Shown one piece after another: positions 1-9,510 of a stretch of DNA of 25,478 nucleotides. The stretch lies in the IMG/VR virus record IMGVR_UViG_3300009678_000853, positions 1 to 25,478 of that record, one strand, 5' to 3'. The position numbers and the translations under genes were made by a program. The notes beneath the pieces are model-generated. The model made no database searches. It was not told where the DNA came from and saw nothing but the letters and a program-made list of their open reading frames with translations. The stretch comes from a virus. Its lineage: Duplodnaviria; Caudoviricetes. Each line of letters begins with the position of its first letter. The stretch's first letter is position 1.

Positions 1-81
1 ACTATTATAGCATATTAAAAGCAAATGTAAACAATTCTTTTTTTATATAATCGATTAAAAAACAAATGATGAATAATAATA

Positions 82-90
82 TGCTATAAT
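82..90 (+). promoter_or_regulatory. Extended -10 promoter element (TGCTATAAT) upstream of the replication module
   Basis: Perfect TGnTATAAT in AT-rich non-coding DNA about 40 nt upstream of the first ORF. The same 9-mer precedes terS. Confidence 0.55.
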
Positions 91-128
91 ACGTCAAAGA
101 GGTAAGAAAAGCGCAAAGAGGTAATTTT

Positions 129-2030
129 GTGAATTTTAATGAAACCATGTGGAAGCAGAAAGGAAGAGAGAATGGACAAAAAAAATTAAAGGATCTTAAC
201 CTCCTTACCTTTTTGCCAAAAAAGCCTACCATATACGATCCTACCGTAGAACCCACATTAGAGTCATTAGCGCAGTTGTTTCCAATTGCTCCAAAATTTC
301 GCAAAGTTTCCTCGTCTCTAAGTGCTGGTCTTTCCACAACCAGCACTTCTACTTCCCTTTCAGAAACAGACTTAACATCTTCCCCCGAAAATCTAGAATA
401 TAATAAAAATAAATATAAATCTTATTTAAGCCTTGAAAACAAAGAAGAACGATATGCCGAAACTGCCAAATTGCTAAATTATCTGCATAGAAATCCTCAC
501 ACAGAAATCAAAATCAATTGGAATAAAATACCACAAGAAGAAACAGATTACTATCAACTTGCTTATAGAGTATTGCCAAAACTACCGAAAATCTATTTAG
601 AACGACTATATGACATTGATATCAAGTTACTAGGGTATATTCTTTTTTCCGTTCGTAATCACGGTTTACAGACCGAAACACCCCCCCTGGAGAAACAGTT
701 ACTTCCTAGTCTCAAATGGAAAGGAGATGGATGGTGGAATTGCGCGGCGGTTTCTGTTGACTACATGGCTAAATTGTTCAAGCGGAGTCAAAAAGCCCTG
801 TTACGCAATATGCACGATCTACACAAGATGGGCATGTTCTCCAAACGGAAAACGAGAAAAACTATTATCAAAACTGCCAAAGGCGGAGCAGGACTAAAGT
901 TTAATCCAAATATATATTTTTTACAATATCCCCTACTATATGCCCTTGTATGCACTTATTATGCCAAATACCCAGAGGCGTTTAGTTTCACCGAACGAAC
1001 CAAAGAAGAAAAACAAGCCTTTATTAATGAGCGTAAAAAAGAAGTAAACAAAGCCATAGAAGCCAATAGAAACAGTCATATCCGTTCACAGAAGATGGAG
1101 TTTCCATACACCGATCAACTAGGAGACTACAGACCAGGAAGATTGGTTGAGAAGTACGGGGTTGCTAACTGGATTAATTATACTGAGCCACAACAAAAGT
1201 ATTTCATAGTCAGAGCGATACAGAAAACCGTGAAAAATTATGAATACTTTATGAGCCGTTCAGATAATGAAATTTATCTGAAAGATCAACTACTTATCTG
1301 TGAATTAGCCAAAGAACGGCGGTTGAGCGCTTCCATATATAACAATAGATTCGGCAATAACTGGAATAAAATGCCAAAGCCCGCCAAAAATGGCCGACGA
1401 TTCACCTTTGCCAATATTGCCAAATCCTTAGTAAATGACCGTCCATTTAATTATAGCTGTAAAAAGTTTGCCTCTCGTAGTACCCAGAAGGAAGTAACTG
1501 AAAGAATTGTTTCCCTGCTTGAACCGGCTAAATTAAATATAAATAATAAAAAACTAGAAAGTAAACTTCGCAGAGCAGAGCAATACATTTATGGTTGCTT
1601 TCAGGATTTTATTCCCCGTAATTCTAAGTCACAGTCGGAAGTCCCTGTAACAGATAATTCCTTTCTTACTTTAACCAAACAAATAGTAAATCACGTTTTC
1701 AGGTCAAATCTCTCCGACAAGTCTTTTTCTATTAAATCATTTATCACAGAAAAATACCCAATAATTGTTCCTAATATATTTTCTAATAAAAATAAAAAGA
1801 AAGAAGTCCCTTTAGAAGGACTTCCTTCTTTATTTATTACAAAAGAAGAAGAAAAAATTGTAAAAGAAAATCAAATTATGAGAGATTGGGATTATGATCC
1901 TTATCTAGCATTACAAAGAAATAACTCTTCCTCAGTGAATTCTTTAAATTCAGGTGAATCCATAAAAGAAAGATTAGCCAGAGCGAAAGAGATACAAAGA
2001 CTTCTACAAGAAAAGGAAAAGAACCTGTAA
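129..2030 (+). CDS. Large phage protein with a winged HTH, putative replication initiator/origin-binding protein
   Basis: 633-aa ORF (GTG start; alternative ATG at 147). The segment GWWNCAAVSVDYMAKLFKRSQKALLRNMHDLHKMGMFSKRK fits the wHTH pattern of phage Rep proteins. It has N/K-rich linkers and is the first gene before the helicases and primase. Confidence 0.5.
   Translation: MNFNETMWKQKGRENGQKKLKDLNLLTFLPKKPTIYDPTVEPTLESLAQLFPIAPKFRKVSSSLSAGLSTTSTSTSLSETDLTSSPENLEYNKNKYKSYLSLENKEERYAETAKLLNYLHRNPHTEIKINWNKIPQEETDYYQLAYRVLPKLPKIYLERLYDIDIKLLGYILFSVRNHGLQTETPPLEKQLLPSLKWKGDGWWNCAAVSVDYMAKLFKRSQKALLRNMHDLHKMGMFSKRKTRKTIIKTAKGGAGLKFNPNIYFLQYPLLYALVCTYYAKYPEAFSFTERTKEEKQAFINERKKEVNKAIEANRNSHIRSQKMEFPYTDQLGDYRPGRLVEKYGVANWINYTEPQQKYFIVRAIQKTVKNYEYFMSRSDNEIYLKDQLLICELAKERRLSASIYNNRFGNNWNKMPKPAKNGRRFTFANIAKSLVNDRPFNYSCKKFASRSTQKEVTERIVSLLEPAKLNINNKKLESKLRRAEQYIYGCFQDFIPRNSKSQSEVPVTDNSFLTLTKQIVNHVFRSNLSDKSFSIKSFITEKYPIIVPNIFSNKNKKKEVPLEGLPSLFITKEEEKIVKENQIMRDWDYDPYLALQRNNSSSVNSLNSGESIKERLARAKEIQRLLQEKEKNL
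1796..1831. repeat. Imperfect inverted repeat inside the initiator-like gene (AAAGAAAGAAGTCC-N8-GGACTTCCTTCTTT)
   Basis: 14-bp arms with one mismatch, in very AT-rich DNA. GAAGTCCCT occurs at both 1638-1646 and 1803-1811. Confidence 0.55.
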
Positions 2031-2078
2031 TTTTAATCTTACCTTGCATTCAATAAGAAAATAGAGTATTACAGTAAT

Positions 2079-3515
2079 ATGAAATTACTTGTTCATCCTG
2101 TATATACTCATATTCAGTTAGAACTAGATAAAAACCCGGATGAAATAAATATTCTGGAAAACATACAAGCCAGATTTACAATGACTCTACAGAGTTATAA
2201 AAAACAGTGGGATTATAAAAATAAGAAATTTAAGTCAGGAGGAAAGTTTCAAGTAGAAACTGTAAAACTTATTGAAGGACAGGGATTGAAATACAGATTC
2301 CTCTCAGGGTTTTTAGAAGACGTTTTTGCTTTATTATTAGAGTACGGCTTATCAGAAGATAACGGCACTCTGGATTTTGATTTCTCTTTTAATACTGAAT
2401 ACGTAGACTTTAATAGATTACAGTTACAAGAGGAACAGCTAAGAGATTATCAGTTATCCGGTTTACAAAAAGCATTAAAATACAGTAATGCTCTGATAGT
2501 CGGGTGTGTTGGTTCTGGAAAAACTATTTGTATGGCGGCTATCTTGTCTTTGTTTCGTGAGCATAAAGCCCTAATTATGGTTCCGAAAAAAGACTTAATG
2601 GAACAACTGAAAGCTGAATTTACCCGGCTGGTTCCTAATTATAAAGTAATCTCTAAAAATGAATTAACTCCCCGGATAAAATATAATGCGCTAATAGATT
2701 TACCCGTAAATCTTTCTCGGATGTCGCAAGAAGAGTTACGCGAGCATACCGTTCTGTTGATGGATGAGGCGCACGGTGCTCCGGCTGTTCAGGCTATGAA
2801 GACCATTGAAATGCAGAATGCTCCGTATCGATACGGGTTTACTGCTACTCCTGAAGGGCGTAGTGACGGACGAGACAAATTGATTACCGGGTTATTTGGT
2901 AAGGCGATTGAAATTGCTGAATATAAAGACCTGGTGAAAGACAGTTATTCCCCTGAATTAAAAATAGATTTTCATTATTTGGGCTGGCAAGATGATTATG
3001 TCTATTTAGAAGATACGTTGATCGTTTTTAATAAACGTAGAAATAAATATATATTTGATCTAGTTAATAAACATTTAGCGGAAAATAAAAATCCTTTGGT
3101 TTTGCTTCTTTGCAGAAGACTAGATCATGTAGAATTATTATCAGTTAAATATTTTCCGCAAGCAGCAGTTTTAACAGGAGATGTTACGGATAGAGATGAA
3201 ATAATAAAAGACATACGAAATGGAAAATATCAAGTAGTTATAGCATCTTCTATTTTTTCTCAAGGTATCAACATTCCTGAATTTACTTTAGGAGTGAATG
3301 TTTCAGGAGGAAAATCGTCTATTCTAGCTGAACAGAAATCGGGTCGAATGGTCAGAGGAGAAGGAGTTAAGACTTGGATAGATATTTATGATTGTTATAC
3401 AAATGTCTTAGAACGTCATTCTTTATCAAGATTACATACTTATCGAGAAGCATACGGAAGTGAACGCATTACCTTTAATAACTTTCCTGACAATTATTCC
3501 AAACACGAAAAATAA
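2079..3515 (+). CDS. Superfamily 2 DExH helicase (UvsW/XPB-like)
   Basis: Q motif LRDYQ, motif I GCVGSGKT, motif II DEAH, motif III TAT, motif V SQGINIP, motif VI QKSGRMVR. Confidence 0.92.
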   Translation: MKLLVHPVYTHIQLELDKNPDEINILENIQARFTMTLQSYKKQWDYKNKKFKSGGKFQVETVKLIEGQGLKYRFLSGFLEDVFALLLEYGLSEDNGTLDFDFSFNTEYVDFNRLQLQEEQLRDYQLSGLQKALKYSNALIVGCVGSGKTICMAAILSLFREHKALIMVPKKDLMEQLKAEFTRLVPNYKVISKNELTPRIKYNALIDLPVNLSRMSQEELREHTVLLMDEAHGAPAVQAMKTIEMQNAPYRYGFTATPEGRSDGRDKLITGLFGKAIEIAEYKDLVKDSYSPELKIDFHYLGWQDDYVYLEDTLIVFNKRRNKYIFDLVNKHLAENKNPLVLLLCRRLDHVELLSVKYFPQAAVLTGDVTDRDEIIKDIRNGKYQVVIASSIFSQGINIPEFTLGVNVSGGKSSILAEQKSGRMVRGEGVKTWIDIYDCYTNVLERHSLSRLHTYREAYGSERITFNNFPDNYSKHEK

Positions 3516-3829
3516 TGAATATTTCTCCTATTTATCTTAAGAGCGTTTATCTTTGCGCCTATCAAAGATTTTTTTCTAAAAGTTTTATACCTACTCAAAT
3601 ACTTTCAGCTAATTCTAAACATACTAAACATTTTGAAAATCTTTATAATATTTTATTATCTCTTAATGTCTTAACAGACGAACTATTATTACAAGGATAC
3701 TTCTATTTTACTTTTTCCATATCTGAAAAACCTCCTAGTCCCAAACAATTATGTGACACAATAAAAGTGAGACAATATTTACAGAATGGCAAAGAAGAAG
3801 GGATGAGACTTGTTAAACTCCATTCGTAA
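3515..3829 (+). CDS. Hypothetical protein
   Basis: 104-aa ORF coupled to the helicase by a TAATG overlap. No recognisable motif. Confidence 0.7.
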   Translation: MNISPIYLKSVYLCAYQRFFSKSFIPTQILSANSKHTKHFENLYNILLSLNVLTDELLLQGYFYFTFSISEKPPSPKQLCDTIKVRQYLQNGKEEGMRLVKLHS

Positions 3830-3844
3830 ATATGGAGGGGTTGT

Positions 3845-5176
3845 TTGAGTATTTTTACTGAAGAATTTCAAGTTAAAGTATTATGTTTGTTAGCGAAAAA
3901 TAAATTATTAGGAGTCGATAGTTATTTTAGATCGGAATACTTCTTTGTTGATTCTCTCGTTTGGTCGTACTCTACAATAATAGGTTTACGTAAACGTTTC
4001 CCGCAAATTGGAGAGGTTTCGGCGGACATGCTGTCCAATGAAGCTAACTTTAATCAGAAGTTAGTTGAATGGACTGATAAGTCAAAAGAGTATTTTGCTG
4101 ATCTTATCGCCTTACTAGACGGCTCTAAACCGTTTGAGGACCAATCGTATGTAGGTGAAACGGTAATTCAGTTTATCAGGAAGAGAGAACTATCTTTTGT
4201 ACTGAATAAAAGTTCTGAATTTATAGAACAAGGAGACTGGGAAAGTCTAAAAACATCGCTACAAAGCAACACCCCGGTTGTTCAGAATACCCTTATTGAA
4301 GAAGACGAATTGTTTAGTGAAAACAGTTTTTCTTTTTTGGGTAGGGCTGAACGGTTGACTACGGATTTCATTCCTATCGACGTGTATTTAGGAGGATTGA
4401 CAAAAGGGGAGTTGTTGCTGCTGCTAGCAGATACGAACGTGGGTAAGTCTTTGTTTATGACTTGGCTTGGTGGTCGATTGGTTAGAAAGGGGAGTAGGGT
4501 TCTGCACGTGACTCTGGAAATGTCCAAAGAATTGACAAATGATCGGTACTTCGTCAGTATATTAGATGATGCAGATGATTTTTCTTGGGCTGATTATGAA
4601 TCGGCTAAAGTATCAGACGATACCTTAGTGCGTTTTGTTGGATTGCGTAAGAAATACGCTGATAGATATAAAGGAATGTTGAAAATATATAAAGGAAAAA
4701 ATTTAGGATTTAGTTTAGCCGATGTTTCTTTTCTGATGAGTCAAGTCAAATATGACGTTCTTATTTTAGATTATTTAGATATTATGCAACCGCCTTTAGA
4801 GATACGGGATATTGGTTTAGTCAGAATCGGACAATCACAGTTGATTGCCGGTTTACGTGACATTGCGGAACAGTATAATGTATCTGTGATAACGGCAACA
4901 CAAGGAAATAGGTTGTCCGCTAATAAAAGAATTGTATCTAAAGAAATGGTAGCGGAAGATTACGGTAAGATAAGAATTGCTGATAATGTTATTAGTATTG
5001 GTGAGAACGAATCTGATAAGTTGTCATCTGATAAAATATTTGGTATAGTGAAGGCTAGGAATTCACAAAAAGATTTATATTTTCGTTATGGTGTTGATTA
5101 TAATAGAATGCGTTTTACTTATAAACAGCAAGAAATAACAGTTTCTGATACTTCTCGTAGAGGATATGATACGTAG
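3845..5176 (+). CDS. Replicative DNA helicase, DnaB / T4 gp41-like (SF4)
   Basis: H1 LADTNVGKS, H1a HVTLEMS, H2 LILDYLD, H3 TATQGNR, H4 AEDYGKIRIADNVI, and KARN. TTG start with a GGAGGGG RBS. Confidence 0.92.
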   Translation: MSIFTEEFQVKVLCLLAKNKLLGVDSYFRSEYFFVDSLVWSYSTIIGLRKRFPQIGEVSADMLSNEANFNQKLVEWTDKSKEYFADLIALLDGSKPFEDQSYVGETVIQFIRKRELSFVLNKSSEFIEQGDWESLKTSLQSNTPVVQNTLIEEDELFSENSFSFLGRAERLTTDFIPIDVYLGGLTKGELLLLLADTNVGKSLFMTWLGGRLVRKGSRVLHVTLEMSKELTNDRYFVSILDDADDFSWADYESAKVSDDTLVRFVGLRKKYADRYKGMLKIYKGKNLGFSLADVSFLMSQVKYDVLILDYLDIMQPPLEIRDIGLVRIGQSQLIAGLRDIAEQYNVSVITATQGNRLSANKRIVSKEMVAEDYGKIRIADNVISIGENESDKLSSDKIFGIVKARNSQKDLYFRYGVDYNRMRFTYKQQEITVSDTSRRGYDT

Positions 5177-5200
5177 GAAAGTGAGGGTAGTTAATGTATA

Positions 5201-5875
5201 ATGAATGAGCCATTGAAAGACACTACTATTGATGAAACAAATTATTTTAATGTTAAATACAGAAAGCAAGGTGTTTTTATGAACATGAAGCGTACTATCC
5301 GAGAACATTTAATCACTGGTGGATTTCATTTGTTAGTAGTCAGTGATCGGTTTTCACAAGCTACTGTTTCCTTTTTACAAAAACATTATACTATTAATTC
5401 TATGGACGATATTAAAAGAAATGTAAAAATGTGGCCTATCGACATTGTTCTTGCCGATGCCCATAATTTGCAATCTATGTACCCGGAGCCGTGTAAACTT
5501 ATTCTTCATTCTAATAATGTTATGACTACGGAAAAGATTCAACAATTCTTTTCACAAGAATTAAAAAAATGGTACGGAATTGAAAATTATAAATTCATTC
5601 CAGTAAAAGAAGAAGATTTAGACGTTGACTCTCCTTTAGTAAGTACAGAAAATTCTCTTTTTGGTTCTTTTGATATGTCCCCTCCTGAGACAAATACTTC
5701 AAGCAAAGATACAGTTGTTTTACGGAATTTGTCTGAATTGTCGCTCAAAGAAATGAATTTTTTTGTACCAGTTCTTCCAGTTAATGCTCATTATCCTTCA
5801 TTTTATCGGGGAATGAAAAAATGGTTTAGTGAACTGAGTGAGATTAACGAAGCGTCTTTAAAACAGGTGAATTAA
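5201..5875 (+). CDS. Hypothetical protein
   Basis: 224-aa ORF filling the gap between the helicase and thyX. No motif recognised. Confidence 0.7.
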   Translation: MNEPLKDTTIDETNYFNVKYRKQGVFMNMKRTIREHLITGGFHLLVVSDRFSQATVSFLQKHYTINSMDDIKRNVKMWPIDIVLADAHNLQSMYPEPCKLILHSNNVMTTEKIQQFFSQELKKWYGIENYKFIPVKEEDLDVDSPLVSTENSLFGSFDMSPPETNTSSKDTVVLRNLSELSLKEMNFFVPVLPVNAHYPSFYRGMKKWFSELSEINEASLKQVN

Positions 5876-5877
5876 TT

Positions 5878-6660
5878 ATGAAGTTTGTTTATCCTAAAGT
5901 GTTTCAAGTTGGTGAAACGAGAGTTCTTGCTAATGAGATGTTGGAGTATTTGAAAACAATTAATGCTGAGGAGTGGAATGTAGATGACGTGGGGGATGCA
6001 GAACTGTTGATAGAATTTTATGGGCGTGGTTGTTATAATAGTTTTATAGTTGGCAATAACCCCAATGTCACTAAAATTCGTGAGGGCAATGCTGAGTATT
6101 TAGATAACATCCTGAAAGTGAATCACGGGTCTGTTTTGGAACATGCGGTATTTAATTTTGAAATAACTAACGTTTCAAAAGTTTTCACAGAAGAACTTGT
6201 AAGACATCGTGTAGGTGTGGCCATCTCTGGTGAATCTGGACGATACATTAGACGTGAAGAAGTGAGTGTTTGGATTCCTGATGTATTAAAAAATAATCCT
6301 ATCGGTATGGAGCATATCCAGCATATTTTAGAGAGTGCCGATAATTGGTTGAAATTTGCTCCAAAGGCATACAGTTTAGATAATTCTAAAATGCCCTTTT
6401 CTAAAAAGAAAGAACTTACTTCAGCTATTCGCAGGTTCATTCCAATCGGGCAAACCTCTAATATGGGATGGTCCGCTAATGTACGGGCTATTAGACACGT
6501 CTGCTCTATGCGCACTGCTCCCGGAGCAGAAATAGAAATGCAGATTGTCTTTAATCAGATAGCGCAACGAATGCTAGATAATTATCCCAATTTATTTCAA
6601 CGTTGTGAAAAGACTCCTTTAGAAACAGAAGGGCTGTTTCACTATGATTTCAGCAAATAA
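5878..6660 (+). CDS. thyX: Flavin-dependent thymidylate synthase ThyX
   Basis: HGSVLEH, ELVRHR...SGESGRY signature (RHR-x7/8-S), and the C-terminal NVRAIRH...R...AEIEM segment. Confidence 0.93.
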   Translation: MKFVYPKVFQVGETRVLANEMLEYLKTINAEEWNVDDVGDAELLIEFYGRGCYNSFIVGNNPNVTKIREGNAEYLDNILKVNHGSVLEHAVFNFEITNVSKVFTEELVRHRVGVAISGESGRYIRREEVSVWIPDVLKNNPIGMEHIQHILESADNWLKFAPKAYSLDNSKMPFSKKKELTSAIRRFIPIGQTSNMGWSANVRAIRHVCSMRTAPGAEIEMQIVFNQIAQRMLDNYPNLFQRCEKTPLETEGLFHYDFSK

Positions 6661-7564
6661 CGTTTCTCGTCAGTTACTACGAACCAAGCTAATAGAAAAG
6701 TTTGGTTCGTACAGAAGAACTCATGATGAAATGCGGGTGAATTGTCCGTTTTGTTTGAAAAATGTAGGTAAAGTAGATACTGATAAACATCTCTATATTA
6801 ATGTAGGAAAGAACAAGTTTAATTGTTTTCGTTGTCCCGCAAGAGGTTATGCGAGTACATTAGTTTCGGGATTGATGTATGATTTCTCAATGCCGTCTGA
6901 GAATAAATATACAAGTCCTGTTATTTCGTCAACAGACATAGAAATGTTGCCGGATAACATAGAAGATGTAGACGATTTGCCGTTAGATCATCCCGCTATT
7001 AATTATTTATATAGTAGAGTTGACCCTTTGGATGTTGAGCACCTTCCTATTTATTACTGTGATAATTATGTCCGTAATGAAAAAGAATACGGTGCTCGTT
7101 TGTTTTTCCCTATTTTTTATAAAAATATATATTATGGGTTTCAAGCGAGAAGCTTAAAAGAAGATGACGATTTGAGATATGTAGGTTCTTATAATTTACA
7201 AAAAAATGCCATGATGTTTAATTGGGAAGAAGCAGAGAAACATGATATTTTAATTATTACCGAAGGTATTTTTGACTGTATAATGTGTGGAGAGCGAGCG
7301 GTGTGTGTTTTTGGCAAAAGTCTATCAAAGAAACAATATAGTTTAATTATTGAAAAGAATTTTAATAAAATTATTTGTTTTTTGGATAAAGATGCTATGT
7401 CAGAGTCAAAAGCTTTAGCGAAGAAATTTGCTCAGAATGTTCCGGCTTCTTATTATGTGAATTATCATACGAAAGACCCCGGTAAATTAACTAAGAAAGA
7501 GATTGACTATTTAATAAATAATGATACAATAATTCCCGATGAAGGAATTATACGAGTTTTTTAA
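6644..7564 (+). CDS. DNA primase (Zn finger + TOPRIM; DnaG / T4 gp61-like)
   Basis: N-terminal CPFC...CFRC zinc ribbon, FPI...GFQAR, TOPRIM EGIFD and LDKD, and KDPG. Confidence 0.9.
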   Translation: MISANNVSRQLLRTKLIEKFGSYRRTHDEMRVNCPFCLKNVGKVDTDKHLYINVGKNKFNCFRCPARGYASTLVSGLMYDFSMPSENKYTSPVISSTDIEMLPDNIEDVDDLPLDHPAINYLYSRVDPLDVEHLPIYYCDNYVRNEKEYGARLFFPIFYKNIYYGFQARSLKEDDDLRYVGSYNLQKNAMMFNWEEAEKHDILIITEGIFDCIMCGERAVCVFGKSLSKKQYSLIIEKNFNKIICFLDKDAMSESKALAKKFAQNVPASYYVNYHTKDPGKLTKKEIDYLINNDTIIPDEGIIRVF

Positions 7565-8085
7565 TGTCTAAATTAACTTTGCAAGATATTTTGAATTTGA
7601 ATCCAGAGGAGATATTAGCTAAGGCTAATAAAAATCCTGTCTTTGATGAAGAACTTGAATTTGTAGCAGAAGAAAAAATTAAGATCGAATTCAATCATTA
7701 TAACGGTTTGCTTCCACTGAAAGATATTCAAGAAGATTTAATTTTTTCTCTTAAGAATGGTTGGGAAGTAAAAATTCTTTCCGTTAATGCTCCTAATAAT
7801 ACCGTTCATGTATGTTTTTTAAAATACCCTTTTTCGGTGTGTCCTCTTAATCTTTATAAATTATCAGAGGAATCATTAGACGGGACTACTTTTCCTTATA
7901 AAATAGGAGAAGAATATTTGTACTGTAAAAATAAGAAAGTAGCGGGAATTCCAATTAAAATAGCTTTGTTAAACCCGTCTCAAAATGCTGTAGGATTTTT
8001 TAACGAGAGGGGGAAAAAGGTCTATGTCAAGGTTAGCAAATTAAGACCTGTGATAGATACTGATATGGAAGAGGAAAATCAATGA
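7564..8085 (+). CDS. Hypothetical protein
   Basis: 173-aa ORF with a TAATG overlap upstream and an ATGA overlap downstream. Confidence 0.7.
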   Translation: MSKLTLQDILNLNPEEILAKANKNPVFDEELEFVAEEKIKIEFNHYNGLLPLKDIQEDLIFSLKNGWEVKILSVNAPNNTVHVCFLKYPFSVCPLNLYKLSEESLDGTTFPYKIGEEYLYCKNKKVAGIPIKIALLNPSQNAVGFFNERGKKVYVKVSKLRPVIDTDMEEENQ

Positions 8086-9134
8086 ATGCTCGTCAATTAG
8101 AACATTTTTCTGATCGTATTGTTGTAACGGGTGCTGTAGGTTTTGTTGGTTCAGTCATGTGTACTCGTTTATCGGAAATGGGTTATAACGTTATTGCTGT
8201 CGATAATAATAGTAGAGGATTAAATAAAAAAGCGATTACCGCTCTACCTAATATTCAATATATTGAGAGGGATTGTGAATTAGGAATTGCTGATATTTTA
8301 GAAAATAACAACGTCACGGATGTTATTCATTTTGCAGCAGCTACAGGTGATTTGACACGTCCTGATTCTGAGTTGAATGCTATCAATGTGGGGATTACAC
8401 AAAAGATTGTTGGCGAAATGGCACAGTATCCACATATTACTTTGACCTTTCCTACTACTTCCCTGGCTCTCAAAATCAAGGGAAGTGGGTATGTGAATTC
8501 AAAAGAAGCCGCTATGTCGTGGTTACTCTCCTCTGAATGTCCTTTATCTGAAGAAAATCTTTTGTTGTATCGTTTTTTTAATAATTCAGGCGCATATAGC
8601 AATGTAGGAGAATTTCGTCAAAAAGAAGTACATTGTTTTCCTCGCATGTTTCGTGCCTTGATGAGGAGAGAAGAATTTAGAATTAATGGTGATGATTATG
8701 ATACCGTAGATGGAACCCCATCACGAGATTATGTTCATGTCCAAGATTCTGTTGATTATATGATTTATCGTTTACACAGACATAAACATGGAGATCATTT
8801 TACGGATGATAATGGTTTTCTCTGTGAGGTTGGTAGGGGAGATCCACATACCGTATTAGAGATCATTAATATGTTGGGCATTCCTTCTGTCATGGATCGT
8901 CTTATTATTCCAGATATTTATGAACTGTTGAATTCTTTTCATGGTAATTTGGTGGTTGGTCCTCGTCGTGATTTTGATTGCGCGGCGTTAATGGCTACTC
9001 CGTCCGCTAAGATTTTTCAATGGCGACCATTGAAGACCCTTGAAGATATTCTTGTAGATACGTTCAATAGTTATTATAATTTTTCATTAAGTAATCCAGA
9101 TTATTTAGAACAGATTAAGAGGCAAGACGGATAA
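8082..9134 (+). CDS. NAD-dependent nucleotide-sugar epimerase/dehydratase (extended SDR, GalE-like)
   Basis: VVTGAVGFVGS Rossmann motif, HFAA, YxxxK (YVNSK), RFFNNSGA, and the GalE-typical GDDYDTVDGTPSRDYVHVQD. Confidence 0.88.
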   Translation: MNARQLEHFSDRIVVTGAVGFVGSVMCTRLSEMGYNVIAVDNNSRGLNKKAITALPNIQYIERDCELGIADILENNNVTDVIHFAAATGDLTRPDSELNAINVGITQKIVGEMAQYPHITLTFPTTSLALKIKGSGYVNSKEAAMSWLLSSECPLSEENLLLYRFFNNSGAYSNVGEFRQKEVHCFPRMFRALMRREEFRINGDDYDTVDGTPSRDYVHVQDSVDYMIYRLHRHKHGDHFTDDNGFLCEVGRGDPHTVLEIINMLGIPSVMDRLIIPDIYELLNSFHGNLVVGPRRDFDCAALMATPSAKIFQWRPLKTLEDILVDTFNSYYNFSLSNPDYLEQIKRQDG

Positions 9135-9138
9135 TATC

Positions 9139-9510
9139 ATGCCGAAAGTGGAAATCAATTGTTTAGTCTGTAATCAAGCAAGAGAGGTTTTTCCTAGCAA
9201 AATAGAACACGGTGGAGGAAAATATTGTTCTAAAAAATGTTTTTATATCGCGCATTCAAATGCATCTATAGATATTTGGTCATATGTATATAAGAAAGGT
9301 CCTGATGAATGTTGGCCCCACATAATTAAAAAAACAAATAAAAAATACAACTATGGTCGTATAAATATTAATAGAAAAAGGCATTTGATTCATAGGGAGA
9401 TTTTTCAATTAGCTAATGGGCCAATTCCTAAAAAAAGGAATATCATTAATATTTGTAAAAATGAAAGTTGTTGTAATGATAGACATTGGATACTTCCAAA
9501 GGCGGCATAA
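9139..9510 (+). CDS. Zn-ribbon + degenerate, truncated HNH endonuclease-like protein
   Basis: N-terminal CLVC...KYCSKKC, then the HNH_3-type DECW...YGRI...HREIFQLANGPIP...ICKNESCCNDRH. The first catalytic His reads Asn and the ORF stops before the final HNH helix. Confidence 0.75.
   Translation: MPKVEINCLVCNQAREVFPSKIEHGGGKYCSKKCFYIAHSNASIDIWSYVYKKGPDECWPHIIKKTNKKYNYGRININRKRHLIHREIFQLANGPIPKKRNIINICKNESCCNDRHWILPKAA

Noticed and set aside
681-687. Poly-C tract as a phase-variation site
   Set aside because: It is only 7 nt, in frame, and explained by Pro-Pro-Leu codons.
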